DNA of 30,891 bases from a candidate division WOR-3 bacterium (GTDB lineage Bacteria > Hydrothermota > Tepidihabitantia > Tepidihabitantales > Tepidihabitantaceae): contig CBFGKH010000015.1 in assembly GCA_965649295.1 (NCBI GenBank), positions 1 through 30,891 of the forward strand, given 5' to 3'. This document shows, piece by piece, positions 16,731-26,495 of this stretch. Made by a program: the position numbers and the translations under genes. Every line of letters starts with the position of its first letter. Position 1 is the first letter of the stretch. A model generated the notes under the pieces. It made no database searches and was not told where the DNA came from. It was given only the letters and a program-made list of their open reading frames with translations.

Positions 16731-17060
16731 ATGCCAGACAGTCAAATCCCCAGAATGGGCTTCGTCGGCGAGGCGTATTACACTGACGAGACCGGCGAGG
16801 CGGCCCTGTTGGAAGAGCTTGGTTTCAGGGTTGTGCTGCTCGACAAGCCGGGACCGAACGGCCGGTTTTACTTCAAGGTTTCGGGCGGCCCCAACACCGC
16901 CGGGCTGACCCTGCCAGACGCCGTGCGGGGCATTTACCAACCGCACCTATGGGCGGCGTCAGAGGCGGTCAAGGTTCAGTTCTACCAGTCGGTCACAAAG
17001 CGGCTACGGGCCTGGACGGCGGCGGTGAATGCCAAGCGGGCAGAGAGGAGTCAGCAATGA
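16731..17060 (+). CDS. Hypothetical protein, possibly DUF5659-like
   Basis: YYTDETGEAALLEELGFRVVLLDK...RFYF pattern; ATGA overlap with the next gene. The family call is tentative. Confidence 0.55.
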   Translation: MPDSQIPRMGFVGEAYYTDETGEAALLEELGFRVVLLDKPGPNGRFYFKVSGGPNTAGLTLPDAVRGIYQPHLWAASEAVKVQFYQSVTKRLRAWTAAVNAKRAERSQQ

Positions 17061-17635
17061 GCGACAATATCGGGACGACCCTCCGACTGAAAACACCGGA
17101 CGAGCTTGCGACCGAAGCACGGGCGGCAATGCAGGCACGACAGGACGAGCTCGACATTCTCGCACGCCGGGAAGTGCGGCTTGCAGTTGGCGGCACAGAG
17201 CTGCGGCTGCGCACTCCGGTAATGCGGTTCTACCTTGATGCCGTTCGTGAGCTTGGGGCGATTGACGACGCCGGCGGGCTGTTTGTGCCACTGATAAAGC
17301 TGGCCAAGCAGTTGCAGGCGTCAGGCGGCAAGGCGCTGGTTGAGCCGGCGCTTCTGTCCGAGTTCGGCGCCAGTGTGCTAGAATGGCTGACGACTCGATT
17401 GGCGGCGCTCCTGCTGGACGCCAACGACAAGGCGACTCTGGCGACTGCGCTCGGGCTGGGCGCACCACTGCCACCGGACATTACACCGACGGCGCTGGCG
17501 GCAATTCTGCGAGACCGCTTGACGCTGGCGGGACTTGCTAAACTGGTTGCCAAAGCCTTAGATGTGCTGGACGCCGACTTGGTGGCCAGTTTTTTCGTCG
17601 AGGCGGCCCGCCGGCTGACGGCGGCCCGGACGTAG
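17057..17635 (+). CDS. Tail assembly chaperone (gpG-like)
   Basis: GAGGAG RBS; lies upstream of the tape measure gene; slippery T TTT TTC near the 3' end. Confidence 0.75.
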   Translation: MSDNIGTTLRLKTPDELATEARAAMQARQDELDILARREVRLAVGGTELRLRTPVMRFYLDAVRELGAIDDAGGLFVPLIKLAKQLQASGGKALVEPALLSEFGASVLEWLTTRLAALLLDANDKATLATALGLGAPLPPDITPTALAAILRDRLTLAGLAKLVAKALDVLDADLVASFFVEAARRLTAART

Positions 17636-17817
17636 GGTGGGGTGATATACTCTGCACGGCGGCGGCACACTTCGGGGTTGATCCGGCGACCGCCGTCGAC
17701 CGTTGGACGCCACAGCAGATCCGGTTGTTCTGTCGGTTCGTGCTTGACGACCGGGAACGACAGGCGGCGGTTCTGGTGGCGACACTGGCGAAGGCTATGA
17801 CGGGCGGAGGCGCATAA
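17590..17817 (+). CDS. -1 frameshift extension of the tail chaperone (gpT-like part of gpGT)
   Basis: The -1 frame reads FFRRGGPPADGGPDVGWGDILCTAAAHFGVDPATAVDRWTPQQIRLF...GGGA*; its TAA overlaps the tape measure ATG. Confidence 0.78.
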   Translation, partial: FFRRGGPPADGGPDVGWGDILCTAAAHFGVDPATAVDRWTPQQIRLFCRFVLDDRERQAAVLVATLAKAMTGGGA

Positions 17818-19886
17818 TGCTGAGCAGTGGCGGAGTGACGATTGCCGATATCGTTGCGATAATCCGGGCCGAAGGCGTCGAGGAAGTTGAGCGCAAGCTC
17901 AACGGACTTGGCAAGAAACTGAACGACACAAAGGCGGTAATGGAAAAGGTCGGCACGGCCGCCACTGTGTTCGGTGCGGCCCTGACCGCTACGGCTGGCG
18001 TTGCCGTCAAGCGGGCCGGAGACTTTGAGCGGTTGCAGACCCGGCTTGTGAGCATCTTCGGCTCGGTCGAGAAGGGCAGCGAGGCATTCAGGCAACTGAA
18101 CGAGCTGGCCGCCAAGACGCCGTTCTCGCTGGAAGGCGTCATCGAGGCCGGCTCTATGCTGGCGGCGTATTTGGGGCGAGACCGTGACCAAGCGGTTGAG
18201 CTGACAAAGGACCTAGCCGACCTTGCGGCGTATATGGGCGACGATATCGCCGAAGCGGCACGGGCGTTCGGTATGGCAATGGCCGCCGGCGCTAGTGGCG
18301 CCGAGATGCTTCGACGGCGTGGCGTGCTGGCGGCGGTTGCGGACTTCGCAAGGCTCAAATATGGCATCAACGACCTAACCAAACTGACCCTGCCGGAGTT
18401 TCGACGGGTAATGATTGAGGCAATTCGTGACCCGTCGCTTGGCATTGCCGGGTCAACCGAGCGGTTGTCCAAGACCTTTACCGGCGCTTGGAGCAATATG
18501 ACCGACGCTCTCGACCGGTTCGCTGCGTCAATGGGGCAGACCTTGCTGCCAACAGTAACCGGTGCGCTTCGGCTGATGACCCGGTTTCTTGACGCTCTGG
18601 CGGCAATGCCGTCGGGCTTCAAGGCCGTCGGCGCTGTCGTGACCGTTGTCGTTGGCGGGCTGAGTATGTTGGCCGGCACGGTGGCGCTGCTTATCCCTAA
18701 GGTGTTAGGGTTGGCGACGTCGTTGAGTAGCCTGGGCGTCACGCTTGGCGGACTGGCCGCCGCAACCGGGCCGATTGCCGCTGTTGCGCTGGCGCTGGGC
18801 GGTATCGTGGCGGTGCATTTGTCGCTGGTGGACGCCGCCAACCGTGCCGACGCCGCTTCAATCAAGTTCAGCCAGACGCAAGAGCGGTTGGCCACGACAG
18901 TGGCAAGGACAAAACAGGAAATTGACGCTTTGCGACTGGCAAAGCTCGACCTAGTGGTTCAAAGTGCGGCCGAGTCAGGGCCGTCCTGGTTGGAGCAAAA
19001 ACTGTTTGGAGTCAAGGAGGCCAAGCCGGGCGCGTATGCCCTGCGGCGACTCAGGGAAGAACGGCAACGACTGCGGCGAGAGCTGGCGAAGGCGAGCAAG
19101 GAAGGGGCGGGCGAGGCCGGCGGCGAAGAAACTACGACCTTTGACCAGTTTCTCGGCGCAAGAGTGCGCAAGTTCACTGAGGCCCAACAGCGCACTATCG
19201 CAACGATGGAAGCTTGGGGCCAAAAGTGGCAGGCGGCACAGGACGCTTTACTGCGTCAACAGGAGCAAATGGCCGAGCGGGCCGAAATCCCCATAATCGG
19301 GCCGATGCTGTCGCCGGAGCAGTTACAAGCGCTAGAAGAAAAGCTGGCGGCGCAGAAGGCGGCGATTGAGTCGACCAAACAGGCGCTGGCGGCGCTGGAA
19401 GAAACTGCCTTGCGAGTCGCTCAGAATATCGGCGAGGCGTTCGGACAGATGGCCCGTGAAGGCGAGAAGGATATTGGGCAGATTATTGCGGCTTTGACAA
19501 AGATGATTATCAAGCTACTCATCGTCAAGGCCCTGCAATTGGCCCTGCCGGGCTTCGGTGGACAGTTTCTCGGTTCTGTGGCAATGGGATTCCTCGGTGC
19601 GCTCGGGTTCGACGACCCGGCGGCCGACGCCAAGGCGTGGAAGTTCGGCATTGACTTCGGCCGCAACTTTCGGGCCGGAATGATGCAGGCACTCAATCCG
19701 GCCGGTGCGTCGCTGGCCTTTGCCGGCGCTACACCGGTGCCGGTGCAGGTGCAGGTGTTTGAGCCGGGGCCGATGACTTCGGTTCGGGTTGTTCGGAGTG
19801 GGCTACGGCGAATGTCGGAGTTTGACCGATTGGACGTCCAACGCTTGGGGTTGGGCCGTGCTGGCGACCGCTGGAATGAACGCTGA
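17817..19886 (+). CDS. Tape measure protein (689 aa)
   Basis: LAAKTPFSLEGV and LSKTFTGAWSNMTD motifs; Ala-rich helical sequence with hydrophobic stretches; synteny. Confidence 0.92.
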   Translation: MLSSGGVTIADIVAIIRAEGVEEVERKLNGLGKKLNDTKAVMEKVGTAATVFGAALTATAGVAVKRAGDFERLQTRLVSIFGSVEKGSEAFRQLNELAAKTPFSLEGVIEAGSMLAAYLGRDRDQAVELTKDLADLAAYMGDDIAEAARAFGMAMAAGASGAEMLRRRGVLAAVADFARLKYGINDLTKLTLPEFRRVMIEAIRDPSLGIAGSTERLSKTFTGAWSNMTDALDRFAASMGQTLLPTVTGALRLMTRFLDALAAMPSGFKAVGAVVTVVVGGLSMLAGTVALLIPKVLGLATSLSSLGVTLGGLAAATGPIAAVALALGGIVAVHLSLVDAANRADAASIKFSQTQERLATTVARTKQEIDALRLAKLDLVVQSAAESGPSWLEQKLFGVKEAKPGAYALRRLREERQRLRRELAKASKEGAGEAGGEETTTFDQFLGARVRKFTEAQQRTIATMEAWGQKWQAAQDALLRQQEQMAERAEIPIIGPMLSPEQLQALEEKLAAQKAAIESTKQALAALEETALRVAQNIGEAFGQMAREGEKDIGQIIAALTKMIIKLLIVKALQLALPGFGGQFLGSVAMGFLGALGFDDPAADAKAWKFGIDFGRNFRAGMMQALNPAGASLAFAGATPVPVQVQVFEPGPMTSVRVVRSGLRRMSEFDRLDVQRLGLGRAGDRWNER

Positions 19887-19888
19887 CA

Positions 19889-22201
19889 ATGCACCCTGTT
19901 AGCGACGCTACTATTGCCCTGTTACGGCGGACGACCAATGCGCCAAGCCTGCGCTGGCGACTGTATGTCGTCGGCCCAGTGGGCGAGCGTCGAGACTACA
20001 CCGACCGGCTGGACATTGACAGCTTACAAGCCGTCAATTGGGAGATTGAGCGGAGTTACGCCAAATTGACGCCGGGCGATGCTCGGTTCTCGGTGCTGGA
20101 CAACGGCGAGGTAGAGGGGTTCGTCCAGCAGGCCAATCCGGCGTTCGTGGAGCTGTGGGCGGCCGCAACCGGCGTTGGGCCGCTGGACTGGGCTTGCGTC
20201 TTTTGCGGCTGGTTGTCGCCAAATGATGTCCAGCGGGTTGTCCGGCAGTCGGGAGAGCAGGTGCTTGACTGCTATGCCCGTTCGTTTCTCTCGGGACTGT
20301 CGGGGCAACCGGCGTCCTTGTTTGCTGGTCTGCCGCCACTGCCGTCGCTAATGACGCTGCACGAGTTTGCCGGTCGACTGGTGTTCAAGATGAATCCGGT
20401 TCTCTTGCCGATGGGGTTAGAGCTACAACCTGATGTGCTATGTCGAGCGATTGATACACCGGATGGCTCATACATCAAGAGCACTTGGCGAGAAAGCGCT
20501 TTGACTGGCGGCCCGATAAACTACGGCCCGGCGGTGTGTGTGAGCGAGACCGACGGCGACTGGCTGATTCTCTATTACGATATGCCGACTGGCCAGCTTT
20601 GGCGGCGCTGGATTGACAAGGACGGCCGGATTGTCCGGCGGCAGGAGTATGTCCGCTACTGCGGTATGTGTCGAGATGCCCGGTTTGTTCTCGCTGGCGG
20701 CCGGGTGCTCCTGGTTCTGTCGGCCGCCTGGTCTTGGTGGCCGGGTTTCGGTTACAAGGTGCGGACGATTGTTGTGTTGGACAGAGCGGGCGAGTTTCTG
20801 GGCGAATGGAACGCTGACGACTGTCGGCCGGTGCGAGGCGGCGAAACCTATCACCCGATTGGTGCGATAGTCTACGACCCGCTGTCCGACGAGGTGGTGT
20901 TTACCTGCAACCGGCTGGCCAATTTGCCGCCGTCGGGACTAAAGAACCTACGGGCGAGGATAGCGGTCGACGACCTATTGAGCGGCGGCACGCCAACCGC
21001 CGACTGGCCCGACAACGGCCACGCCCTAAGCGCTGGCGGCTTCTTTGCCGGCGAAGTCAACGGTTTCACCGGCCGCTGGGTCACGGCGGCGGTGTTGCAG
21101 ATGGACGCTTGGCCCTGGACTATTAGGCACAACACCTATCGGCGGGCGATGAGTTCGGGCTACGAGTATCTTTGCACTTACAAGGTAGAGCTATTCCGTG
21201 ACAGCGCTGTTGGCTGGCAGGTATCGGCCGGGCTGTTTGTGTTCACGCCGGGCGACACGGCTTTTCGGTTCTGCTTGCCGAACCCTGTCCGCTCGCCGGT
21301 GTCGACCGACGGCGCTGCCATAATGGCCAACTGCGTGCCTGACCCGGATTGTGCGCTGACCGCCTGGCATCAGGCCTGGGTGGCTTGTCCTGTTGGAAAC
21401 AACGATTACCGGCTGCGGTTCTACCGTTATCATCCGCCGTCGGCAATGCTCACGGTCACGGAGTTTTCGCCGACAATTAGGCAAGAGCGGCCGAACGGGC
21501 TGAACGAGGTGCCGCTGTTCTGCTTGCTGCGCCAAGCGCCAACTTATAGCTTTCTCGGGTGGGCGCAGGACTACACCGGCAACGAGGAGCATTTGACGGT
21601 TTTAGTCGACACCGCTTTCCCGCCGGTGCTGCGGGTTGCCGGGCTGAACCTTGCCGACGGCACTCTTAGGGAGCTGTTAGAGCAGGTGGCCGAAGCGACC
21701 GGTCACTATTTGGTGTTTAGTCGCCGGACGGCGTCGGGCAAAGTGCGGTTTGTTGTTCGTCCTCGCCTCGATGCGCCGCCGTTCTATACTCTGGCGGGCG
21801 GCGATGTCGTGGCTGACTCGGTTCGGTTGCAGGCGAACGAGCCACTGTTTGTTGTCGTCAGTAGTCAGGGCGTCACGAGCCAATATCCACAGTTCGTTGT
21901 CCCGGCGGCGCTCAAACTGGTGAGCGTGAGCAATGACGCCATCCCGACAAGCGTCGTCCCGGCGATGGCCAAGTTTCTCTATCAATTGTTTACCGGCGCC
22001 GACCAAACCGTCAAAACCGAGACTGACGGCGTGTTGTGGGCGGAAATTGCTGACCCGGTAGAGTTCAGCGTCGGCGATGCGTTGGTGCAGGGCATAATTA
22101 CCCGGCTGGAAGTGGACGCTAACGGCAGAGGCCAGTTGACCATCGTAGGTCGGGACGCACGAGTGAACCGGCGGCTGCCGAGACAGGTCACGGAGGACTG
22201 A
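19889..22201 (+). CDS. Tail tip/hub protein with a large central beta-rich insertion
   Basis: Follows the tape measure gene; LRELLEQVAEATGHYLVF...GKVRF hub-like motif. Confidence 0.6.
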   Translation: MHPVSDATIALLRRTTNAPSLRWRLYVVGPVGERRDYTDRLDIDSLQAVNWEIERSYAKLTPGDARFSVLDNGEVEGFVQQANPAFVELWAAATGVGPLDWACVFCGWLSPNDVQRVVRQSGEQVLDCYARSFLSGLSGQPASLFAGLPPLPSLMTLHEFAGRLVFKMNPVLLPMGLELQPDVLCRAIDTPDGSYIKSTWRESALTGGPINYGPAVCVSETDGDWLILYYDMPTGQLWRRWIDKDGRIVRRQEYVRYCGMCRDARFVLAGGRVLLVLSAAWSWWPGFGYKVRTIVVLDRAGEFLGEWNADDCRPVRGGETYHPIGAIVYDPLSDEVVFTCNRLANLPPSGLKNLRARIAVDDLLSGGTPTADWPDNGHALSAGGFFAGEVNGFTGRWVTAAVLQMDAWPWTIRHNTYRRAMSSGYEYLCTYKVELFRDSAVGWQVSAGLFVFTPGDTAFRFCLPNPVRSPVSTDGAAIMANCVPDPDCALTAWHQAWVACPVGNNDYRLRFYRYHPPSAMLTVTEFSPTIRQERPNGLNEVPLFCLLRQAPTYSFLGWAQDYTGNEEHLTVLVDTAFPPVLRVAGLNLADGTLRELLEQVAEATGHYLVFSRRTASGKVRFVVRPRLDAPPFYTLAGGDVVADSVRLQANEPLFVVVSSQGVTSQYPQFVVPAALKLVSVSNDAIPTSVVPAMAKFLYQLFTGADQTVKTETDGVLWAEIADPVEFSVGDALVQGIITRLEVDANGRGQLTIVGRDARVNRRLPRQVTED

Positions 22202-22203
22202 CG

Positions 22204-22836
22204 ATGGGGACTCAACCGTTGCATTATCCGGTCTGGGGCGGTTGGAGCTATCCGGTGCTGCGATACGTCAAGAACGGCGCCAGCACCGTCTTCGCCACAA
22301 CCGCCAAGACCGGCTTGCCTCAACTGTATGTCGAGCTGTGGATTGAGGAAGTGCGTCGACAGGTGATTGAGCTGGCAAGCGAAGGTCGCCGACACCGTCG
22401 GGCCGGGTTCACCCTTCACATCAAGGTGAAGGCCGGCAAGCCCGGCAATGCCGACCTGATGGCGTGGACAATGGGCGCTTTGAGCGCTGACGCCATTTAT
22501 GTGCGGCCACGACCGGGCCAGTTGTTTGCTGCGCCGCCGTCACCGGCAACTGACGAGTGGCGGGTTGTCTTCTTCGAGCAACCGACCTGGCAGTATTTTC
22601 GTGACCGCTGGGTGGGCCACGAGTTGGAGCTCCACTTTGTCAGTGCCGACCCAATTGACCGGCCGCCGGTGAGCAATTCTCTGGCTGGGTTCGTGTCGGT
22701 GGAATATGGAGCGGACGGCGAACCGACGCCGGAGACAGCTCACACCTACTGGAACGAGCGCCAGTGGCCAATGGAGTCCGGCGGCACAACTTTGGAGGCC
22801 GACAACGAGCGAGACATAGCCTATTGGGAGGAATAA
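22204..22836 (+). CDS. Putative tail tip (distal tail-like) protein
   Basis: GGAGG RBS; synteny; aromatic beta-rich sequence. Confidence 0.5.
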   Translation: MGTQPLHYPVWGGWSYPVLRYVKNGASTVFATTAKTGLPQLYVELWIEEVRRQVIELASEGRRHRRAGFTLHIKVKAGKPGNADLMAWTMGALSADAIYVRPRPGQLFAAPPSPATDEWRVVFFEQPTWQYFRDRWVGHELELHFVSADPIDRPPVSNSLAGFVSVEYGADGEPTPETAHTYWNERQWPMESGGTTLEADNERDIAYWEE

Positions 22837-24161
22837 TGAGCTGGAACGACAAGACCAATCTTGTGCCCAACACTTTTGCGGGCCGGCCGAACCCGAGCGA
22901 CACAAGCGAAACTTACCGGGTGCGGGCCAGCACCGTAAACGAGAACTTCGTCGCCTGCGCATTAGCGACCGGTGTAACGCAGGCGCTTGGGATGACCTGC
23001 ACTGACGCTGGCAGTTCATCAACCGCCTGTCGCCTGACACTGCCGGCCGGCGTGGCTGCGCCGGGCGACCTTGTCGTGGCACTGGAAGACCGGCCAACCT
23101 GCCGCAGTTGGGCGACGACTGCGGGCGTGGGCGGCACGATTGAGTTCGGCGACTCGGAGTTGCACGATGCCGGCAAGGCCGGGACGACCGACTACGACAC
23201 CCTAAAAAACGACTTGTTGTTGTTGGTGGCGGCGCCACTCTGCCAGCCGTGGATACCCTACGGCGCTATCCTGCGAGGTGGAGTTCACGGGCTCAAAGGC
23301 TCTCATCTACCTTGGGATGACTCCACGACGCTGCCAATCCCTAAGACAATCAAGACCAAGTTCGAGGAATTGGAGGCCGCTATCGGCGCACTGAACGGGC
23401 CGGGCGGCGAGGACGGCTCAGTCCAATTCAACGAGGCCAGCACTTTCGGAGGTGACAACGTGCTGAAATACCACAAAGCGTTCACGGCCCTGACGCTGGG
23501 GGCCAGTATTTTGTTGAGCGGCAACGGCCGCAATCTTGCGGTTGGCGACGGGCATATTATCAGTGGAGAGAAATCGGCCGTGATTGGCGACGCCATCACG
23601 AGCCAGACAACCGCCGGGTTGTGCGTCGGTGAAAGCCACTCTGCCGCCGGCAACAACAGCGTGCTGATTGGTGTCGGTGCCGCCGACCTTGCTACTGGCG
23701 GACAGCAGGACAACCGTGCCGGCTTCTACCAAGCCGGCGGCTACGAGAATACTGTTGGCGACAGCCAGGCAAGCCGGTTTGTGCTTTACGGCACGACCGA
23801 CTACAACGGCATACTCGAGCAGGACATTTACCTGCGGGACAATCGCACCTACGGCTACCAGGCGCTGATTGTGGCACGGGCGACCGACGGCACGGGTTCT
23901 TCTGCGACGTGGCGACTGGCAGGTTGCTGCGAGCAGACGGCACAAGCCGGTAGCCGTGATGTCCCTGCCGGTAATCCGCCAACAGCGACGCTTATCAAGG
24001 CCGACACTGGAGTCGGTTGGGAAGCAGTCAGTATTGTCTCCAGCGCCGAGAGTGCGCCAGAGCGGCTGCGTTTCAGTATTCACAACAGCTATCAGACGCC
24101 GGTGCCGGTGCGCTGGACAATTTTGGTGGAGCTGGTGGAAGTGGCGGCAAAAGCGCAATGA
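22836..24161 (+). CDS. Tail fibre/receptor-binding protein
   Basis: TAATG coupling; short coiled coil, GSVQFNEASTFGGD motif and YadA-head-like repeats (NLAVG, SAVIG, LCVG, SVLIG). Confidence 0.7.
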   Translation: MSWNDKTNLVPNTFAGRPNPSDTSETYRVRASTVNENFVACALATGVTQALGMTCTDAGSSSTACRLTLPAGVAAPGDLVVALEDRPTCRSWATTAGVGGTIEFGDSELHDAGKAGTTDYDTLKNDLLLLVAAPLCQPWIPYGAILRGGVHGLKGSHLPWDDSTTLPIPKTIKTKFEELEAAIGALNGPGGEDGSVQFNEASTFGGDNVLKYHKAFTALTLGASILLSGNGRNLAVGDGHIISGEKSAVIGDAITSQTTAGLCVGESHSAAGNNSVLIGVGAADLATGGQQDNRAGFYQAGGYENTVGDSQASRFVLYGTTDYNGILEQDIYLRDNRTYGYQALIVARATDGTGSSATWRLAGCCEQTAQAGSRDVPAGNPPTATLIKADTGVGWEAVSIVSSAESAPERLRFSIHNSYQTPVPVRWTILVELVEVAAKAQ

Positions 24162-24352
24162 CGCCGCCGGTTGCGACTGGAACGCTTCGGCAACTAGAAC
24201 GAGAGCTGGTTATCGAGGCGCTCGACCTGTTGACCGCATTGCTGGCGCTGCGTAGGGTGGCGCTGGCCAAACTGGTGAGGCTGACCGATGGACGATTGGC
24301 AAACACTGCAAACGGCGCTGGACTTGCTTCGGGCCGCACGGACGGCGGTTGA
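24158..24352 (+). CDS. Hypothetical Leu-rich small protein
   Basis: ATGA overlap with the fibre stop; overlaps the next gene by 65 nt. Confidence 0.4.
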   Translation: MTPPVATGTLRQLERELVIEALDLLTALLALRRVALAKLVRLTDGRLANTANGAGLASGRTDGG

Positions 24353-24638
24353 CGATGTTCAGCGGCAGGCACAGGCGATTGCCGAGAATGTCGCACGAAT
24401 GCAAGCTGCGCAGGACGCCTGTGCCAAGCGCCAAGACGAGCGATACGCTGAGCTACGGCAGGAGCTGGACGACCGGCTGGCCAGCCTGAACGACCGTTTG
24501 ACCGGCACGGCCCGGCAACGAGCAACCCTGACCGTGCTGGCGGTGCTGGTTGCCGTCGAGCTGGCCGCTGCCATCGTTGCCGGCGCTGCCCCCAGAATCA
24601 TCGAGTTAGTGCGGTTGGCTCTGCTCAGAATACCATAA
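24288..24638 (+). CDS. Coiled-coil protein with C-terminal TM helix (XhlA/holin-like architecture)
   Basis: Heptad-rich N-part followed by LTVLAVLVAVELAAAIVAG; last gene of the late operon. Confidence 0.65.
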   Translation: MDDWQTLQTALDLLRAARTAVDDVQRQAQAIAENVARMQAAQDACAKRQDERYAELRQELDDRLASLNDRLTGTARQRATLTVLAVLVAVELAAAIVAGAAPRIIELVRLALLRIP

Positions 24639-24694
24639 CCCCCCCATTAGTCTGTTTTTTGTCGATTGCTGTCGTTTAGCCCAACCGAAAAAGC

Positions 24695-24722
24695 TTGACA
24701 AGTTGTTCAAGTTCTCTATACT
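24695..24722 (+). promoter_or_regulatory. Strong sigma70-type early promoter
   Basis: TTGACA (24695-24700), 16 nt spacer, TATACT (24717-24722) in an AT-rich intergenic gap with an upstream A-tract. Confidence 0.7.
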
Positions 24723-24789
24723 ATTGATGTAAGGGGGCGGCAGGCCGGCGGATGGGCCGTCGGAACTGACCAGCCCCAGAGGAGCAAAA

Positions 24790-25551
24790 ATGCTAAGATG
24801 GAACCTCGAAAAAATCAGAAACTGGCAGTCACTCTGTCTGACCAGAGAAGGAGGAAAAGTGATAACAGTCCTAGAGCAGATGAAGGCGCTCGCCGGCCGT
24901 CACCGCCGACGAGTGCTTGGGCCAAACGACTTGTTTCAGGCCTTGGCCGAAGCACGGCGCACTGGCGTCGGTGTCCAAGCCGGCGAGACAGTGGCCAACA
25001 ATTATAGCTTTCCCGCCAGCAGGATGCGACTGTTGGCGGTCAAAGCCGGCGACCGCTATGGCATCCTGATGGACTGGGGTTCGGCCCGCAAGGGGGCGAC
25101 CCCAGTTCCAATTCCTGGCGGCTTGCGATCGAAAATGGGAAAAGCCATCCTTGCCGCTGCGCAGCAAGGCGAATTACTCTCGGAATATCGAGAGGTGGTT
25201 GATTATCGGCGAGAGCCGATAATTCACCGGTTTAACTGGCTGGTAGTATCGGCCAGCGAAGTGAACCGGTCACTAGCCCGGTGGCGGTGCGAGGCACGCC
25301 GCCGGCGCTGGGAAGCCTGGCCGGAAGAGCCTGACAGCGCCCTGCAAGTGACAGTCGCTGACTCGCTGGCCGCCGGCAACTGTCGGGCCGAGACCGAACG
25401 AGTCGCCGGCTGGTGGCCGGCCGGAACCGAGTCGGTATCGGCCGCTGAGCTCCGCCAGGCTATTCTCGAGCGTGAACCCACGCTGGCGGAGTATGCAAAG
25501 CGGGCCATCAAAGCGGCACGCCAGCGCCAACAGGAGGAGGAATGCCGCTAA
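24790..25551 (+). CDS. Hypothetical early protein (alternative start GTG24859)
   Basis: Two in-frame starts, each with a strong SD; VTVADSLAAGNC motif near the C-terminus. Confidence 0.7.
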   Translation: MLRWNLEKIRNWQSLCLTREGGKVITVLEQMKALAGRHRRRVLGPNDLFQALAEARRTGVGVQAGETVANNYSFPASRMRLLAVKAGDRYGILMDWGSARKGATPVPIPGGLRSKMGKAILAAAQQGELLSEYREVVDYRREPIIHRFNWLVVSASEVNRSLARWRCEARRRRWEAWPEEPDSALQVTVADSLAAGNCRAETERVAGWWPAGTESVSAAELRQAILEREPTLAEYAKRAIKAARQRQQEEECR

Positions 25552-26495
25552 GGGGCTTTGTTGACGACACCGGCCGTCCAGTGTCGTGGCAGGAGTTGCG
25601 AGACGGGGGCGGGCGCTTTGCCTGCCCCCGACCCGTTCTGTTGGCGCTGGCGAAATCGGCATCGGCCGAACACGATTACGCCGACCTAACTGCCAGCGCA
25701 ATCGCTGGCGGACTGGTTCGGCAACGGGAGCTGATGCGCCGCTGCGACTACTACGAGTCGTGGCAGGCGCATTACTACGCTTGGCTAGGCAGTGCGGCCC
25801 ACACGGTCGTGGAAAGCGCCGCCCGCTCGGCGTTCGGGGTTGGCGAGGCGACCGTAGTGGTTGCTCACAGGTCAGGGCTGACGATTGGTGGTCGGTTCGA
25901 TTGGCTCGAGATAGACCCGCACGCCAAGAAGGCACGGCTATACGACTACAAGACCGTTACAGTCTATGCCGTGCGGCAGGTCTTGGCCAACGGTGTCCGG
26001 GCCGAGAAACCGGAATGGGTAACGCAACTGAACATTTATCGCTGGCTGATAGACCGGGCGGTCGGCGGTATGTCTGTCAGGTTCGATTACCGGCACCATT
26101 CTGTTGGCTTCGACCATATCGTAGCGCCCTGTAACCTCTATATCGTCGCCCTTGCTCGAGACTGGACACCGGCCAAAGCTGAAGCTTTGCCGGTCGAGCT
26201 GATTGCTGTGCCGGTGCTAGCCGATAGTGAAATCGAGGCTGTCGTTGACGCCGCCGTCGCCGACTTGCTTGCCGTTCAAGCAATCACGGACAGCAACCTG
26301 TTGCCGCCTTGCCCGACGGACAGACTGTGGTTCAATGAACGAACCGGCATTGTCCAGCGGTGCGCGAATTACTGCCCGGTATCCGACTGGTGCAATCAGT
26401 GGGCGTATACCAAACGGCTAATTGCTGAGTCCGGGACGGGCCGGGCAACTGCGGCAATGCTCGACGAGGCGGCAATCCAGATTGGCCGGAAATGA
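25542..26495 (+). CDS. PD-(D/E)XK (RecB/Cas4-like) exonuclease
   Basis: LGSAAH, GRFD, LYDYKT, QLNIY and C-terminal RCANYCPVSDWC. Confidence 0.85.
   Translation: MPLRGFVDDTGRPVSWQELRDGGGRFACPRPVLLALAKSASAEHDYADLTASAIAGGLVRQRELMRRCDYYESWQAHYYAWLGSAAHTVVESAARSAFGVGEATVVVAHRSGLTIGGRFDWLEIDPHAKKARLYDYKTVTVYAVRQVLANGVRAEKPEWVTQLNIYRWLIDRAVGGMSVRFDYRHHSVGFDHIVAPCNLYIVALARDWTPAKAEALPVELIAVPVLADSEIEAVVDAAVADLLAVQAITDSNLLPPCPTDRLWFNERTGIVQRCANYCPVSDWCNQWAYTKRLIAESGTGRATAAMLDEAAIQIGRK

Noticed and set aside
22836..24161. Diversity-generating retroelement or invertible tail-fibre cassette
   Set aside because: No reverse transcriptase, invertase or duplicated template repeat seen.
24638..24662. Intrinsic terminator after the late operon (C-run and T-run)
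   Set aside because: No convincing stem precedes the T-tract.
25542..26495. Cas4-like gene as part of a CRISPR system
   Set aside because: No array or other cas genes; solo PD-(D/E)XK nucleases are common in phage recombination modules.
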